64,000 nucleotides of DNA from Auanema rhodensis (lineage: Eukaryota > Animalia > Nematoda), in assembly GCA_964057225.1 (NCBI GenBank), contig OZ059897.1, positions 17,484,001-17,548,000 on the forward strand. The letters run 5' to 3'. The position numbers were made by a program, and so were the translations under genes. Each line of letters begins with the position of its first letter. The first letter of the stretch is position 1. The notes under the pieces were generated by a model, which saw only the letters and a program-made list of their open reading frames with translations, ran no database searches and was not told where the DNA came from. Shown piece by piece: positions 62,101 to 64,000 of this stretch.

Positions 62101-64000
62101 ACAAAAATTTTTTCGAAAAATTTCAAAATAATTTAGCAAAAAGTAGATGTTTTTAGATTCCTTTTTTCAAGGCAAAGACGATGGACAATGTTATTCAACG
62201 AAAAAATTTATTCTTCAGGGTGAAAATCGAGGATATAAGTGTGAACTTATATCAGTTGATATCTCGGTGCATTTTTAAGCTAGCGCAAATCTGATAACAC
62301 AGATCGACGCAGCTTAAAAATCCGCATCGAATGCACTATACTACAATGAAAAACGCTTAATACAAAAATTAGTTATGATCGTTTGAAAAATGATGCATTA
62401 GTGTATGTTGAGTTTCCATGTACACTCAACATTGCTTCCAAAAACATTTTGACAAAAATTTTTTCGAAAAATTTCAAAATAATTTACCAAAAAGTAGATG
62501 TTTTTAGATTCCTTTTTTCAAGGCAAAGACGATGGACAATGTTATTCAACGAAAAAAACAATTCTTCAGGGTGAAAATCGAGGATATAAGTGTGAACTTA
62601 TATCAGTTGATATATCGGTGCATTTTTAAGCTAGCGCAAATCTGATAACACAGATCGACGCAGCTTACAAATCCGCATCGAATGCACTATACTACATTGA
62701 GAAACGCTTAATACAAAAATTAGTTATGATCGTTTGAAAAATGATGCATTAGTGTATGTTGAGTTTCCATGTACACTCAACATTGCTTCCAAAAACATTT
62801 TGACAAAAATTTTTTCGAAAAATTTCAAGATAATTTAGCAAAAAGTAGATGTTTTTAGATTCCTTTTTTCAAGGCAAAGACGATGGACAATGTTATTCAA
62901 CGAAAAAATTAATTCTTCAGGGTGAAAATCGAGGATATAAGTGTGAACTTATATCAGTTGATATATCGGTGCATTTTTAAGCTAGCGCAAATCTGATAAC
63001 ACAGATCGACGCAGCTTAAAAATCTGCATCGAATGCACTATACTACATTGAGAAACGCTTAATACAAAAATTAGTTATGATTGTTTGAAAAATGATTCAT
63101 TAGTGTATGTTGAGTTTCCATGTACACTCAACATTGCTTCCAAAAACATTTTGACAAAACTTTTTTCGAAAAATTTCAAGATAATTTAGCAAAAAGTAGA
63201 TGTTTTTAGATTCCTTTTTTCAAGGCAAAGACGATGGACAATGTTATTCAACGAAAAAATTAATTCTTCAGGGTGAAAATCGAGGATATAAGTGTGAACT
63301 TATATCAATTGATATCTCGGTGCATTTTTAAGCTAGCGCAAATCTGATAACACAGATCGACGCAGCTTAAAAATCCGCATCGAATGCACTATACTACATT
63401 GAGAAACGCTTAATACAAAAATTAGTTATGATCGTTTGAAAAATGATGCATTAGTGTATGTTGAGTTTCCATGTACACTCAACATTGCTTCCAAAAACAT
63501 TTTGACAAAAATTTTTTCGAAAAATTTCAAGATAATTTAGCGAAAAGTAGATGTTTTTAGATTCCTTTTTTCAAGGCAAAGACGATGGACAATGTTATTC
63601 AACGAAAAAATTAATTCTTCAGGGTGAAAATCGAGGATATAAGTGTGAACTTATATCAGTTGATATCTCGGTGCATTTTTAAGCTAGCGCAAATCTGATA
63701 ACACAGATCGACGCAGCTTAAAAATCCGCATCGAATGCACTATACTACATTGAGAAACGCTAAATACAAAAATTAGTTATGATCGTTTGAAAAATGATGC
63801 ATTAGTGTATGTTGAGTTTCCATGTACACTCAACATTGCTTCCAAAAACATTTTGACAAAAATTTTTTCGAAAAATTTCAAAATAATTTAGCAAAAAGTA
63901 GATGTTTTTAGATTCCTTTTTTCAAGGCAAAGACGATGGACAATGTTATTCAACGAAAAAATTAATTCTTCAGGGTGAAAATCGAGGATATAAGTGTGAA
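11182..64000. repeat. 351-bp tandem satellite array, ~150.5 head-to-tail monomers, runs off the right edge
   Basis: AACATTGCTTCC at 11182 recurs every 351 bp and is still in exact register at 63481 (11182+149x351). Monomers differ only by a few substitutions. Confidence 0.99.

Noticed and set aside
11385-62574. Repeated 63-75 aa ORFs in the satellite (MKFFEKIF..., MKNDALVY..., MYTQHCF...)
   Set aside because: They appear only when a satellite SNP removes a stop, mostly start at TTG and have no recognisable motif. They are useful only as variant markers.
11182-64000. CRISPR array, rDNA/5S/tRNA/SL-RNA tandem gene cluster, or telomeric repeat
   Set aside because: No unique spacers. No recognisable rRNA, tRNA, spliced-leader or telomere-repeat sequence in the monomer.

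Overview
Eukaryotic genomic DNA, AT-rich, with 42-46 nt introns that suggest a nematode host (inference). It has two parts. (1) 1-11181 is one terminal portion of an apparently intact Maverick/Polinton (polintovirus) element. It carries a packaging ATPase (cut by the window edge), minor capsid protein, a C2H2 zinc-finger protein, a possible small membrane protein, an adenain-like cysteine protease, a basic core/pVII-pX-like precursor and the double-jelly-roll major capsid protein. It also carries a protein-primed family B DNA polymerase that splices by hand into 14 exons/13 introns and one uninterrupted 1369-aa ORF. A repeat-rich subterminal region follows and ends in ...CTCTCTACT (5'-AGTAGAGAG on the minus strand). 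(2) 11182-64000 is a very homogeneous 351-bp tandem satellite (~150.5 copies, no net indel across the array) with internal hairpins and shifting higher-order repeat periods. The element end abuts a monomer with no filler, consistent with clean integration into the satellite (predicted TSD AACATT). No integrase or fusogen gene lies in the window; if present they would be to the left.
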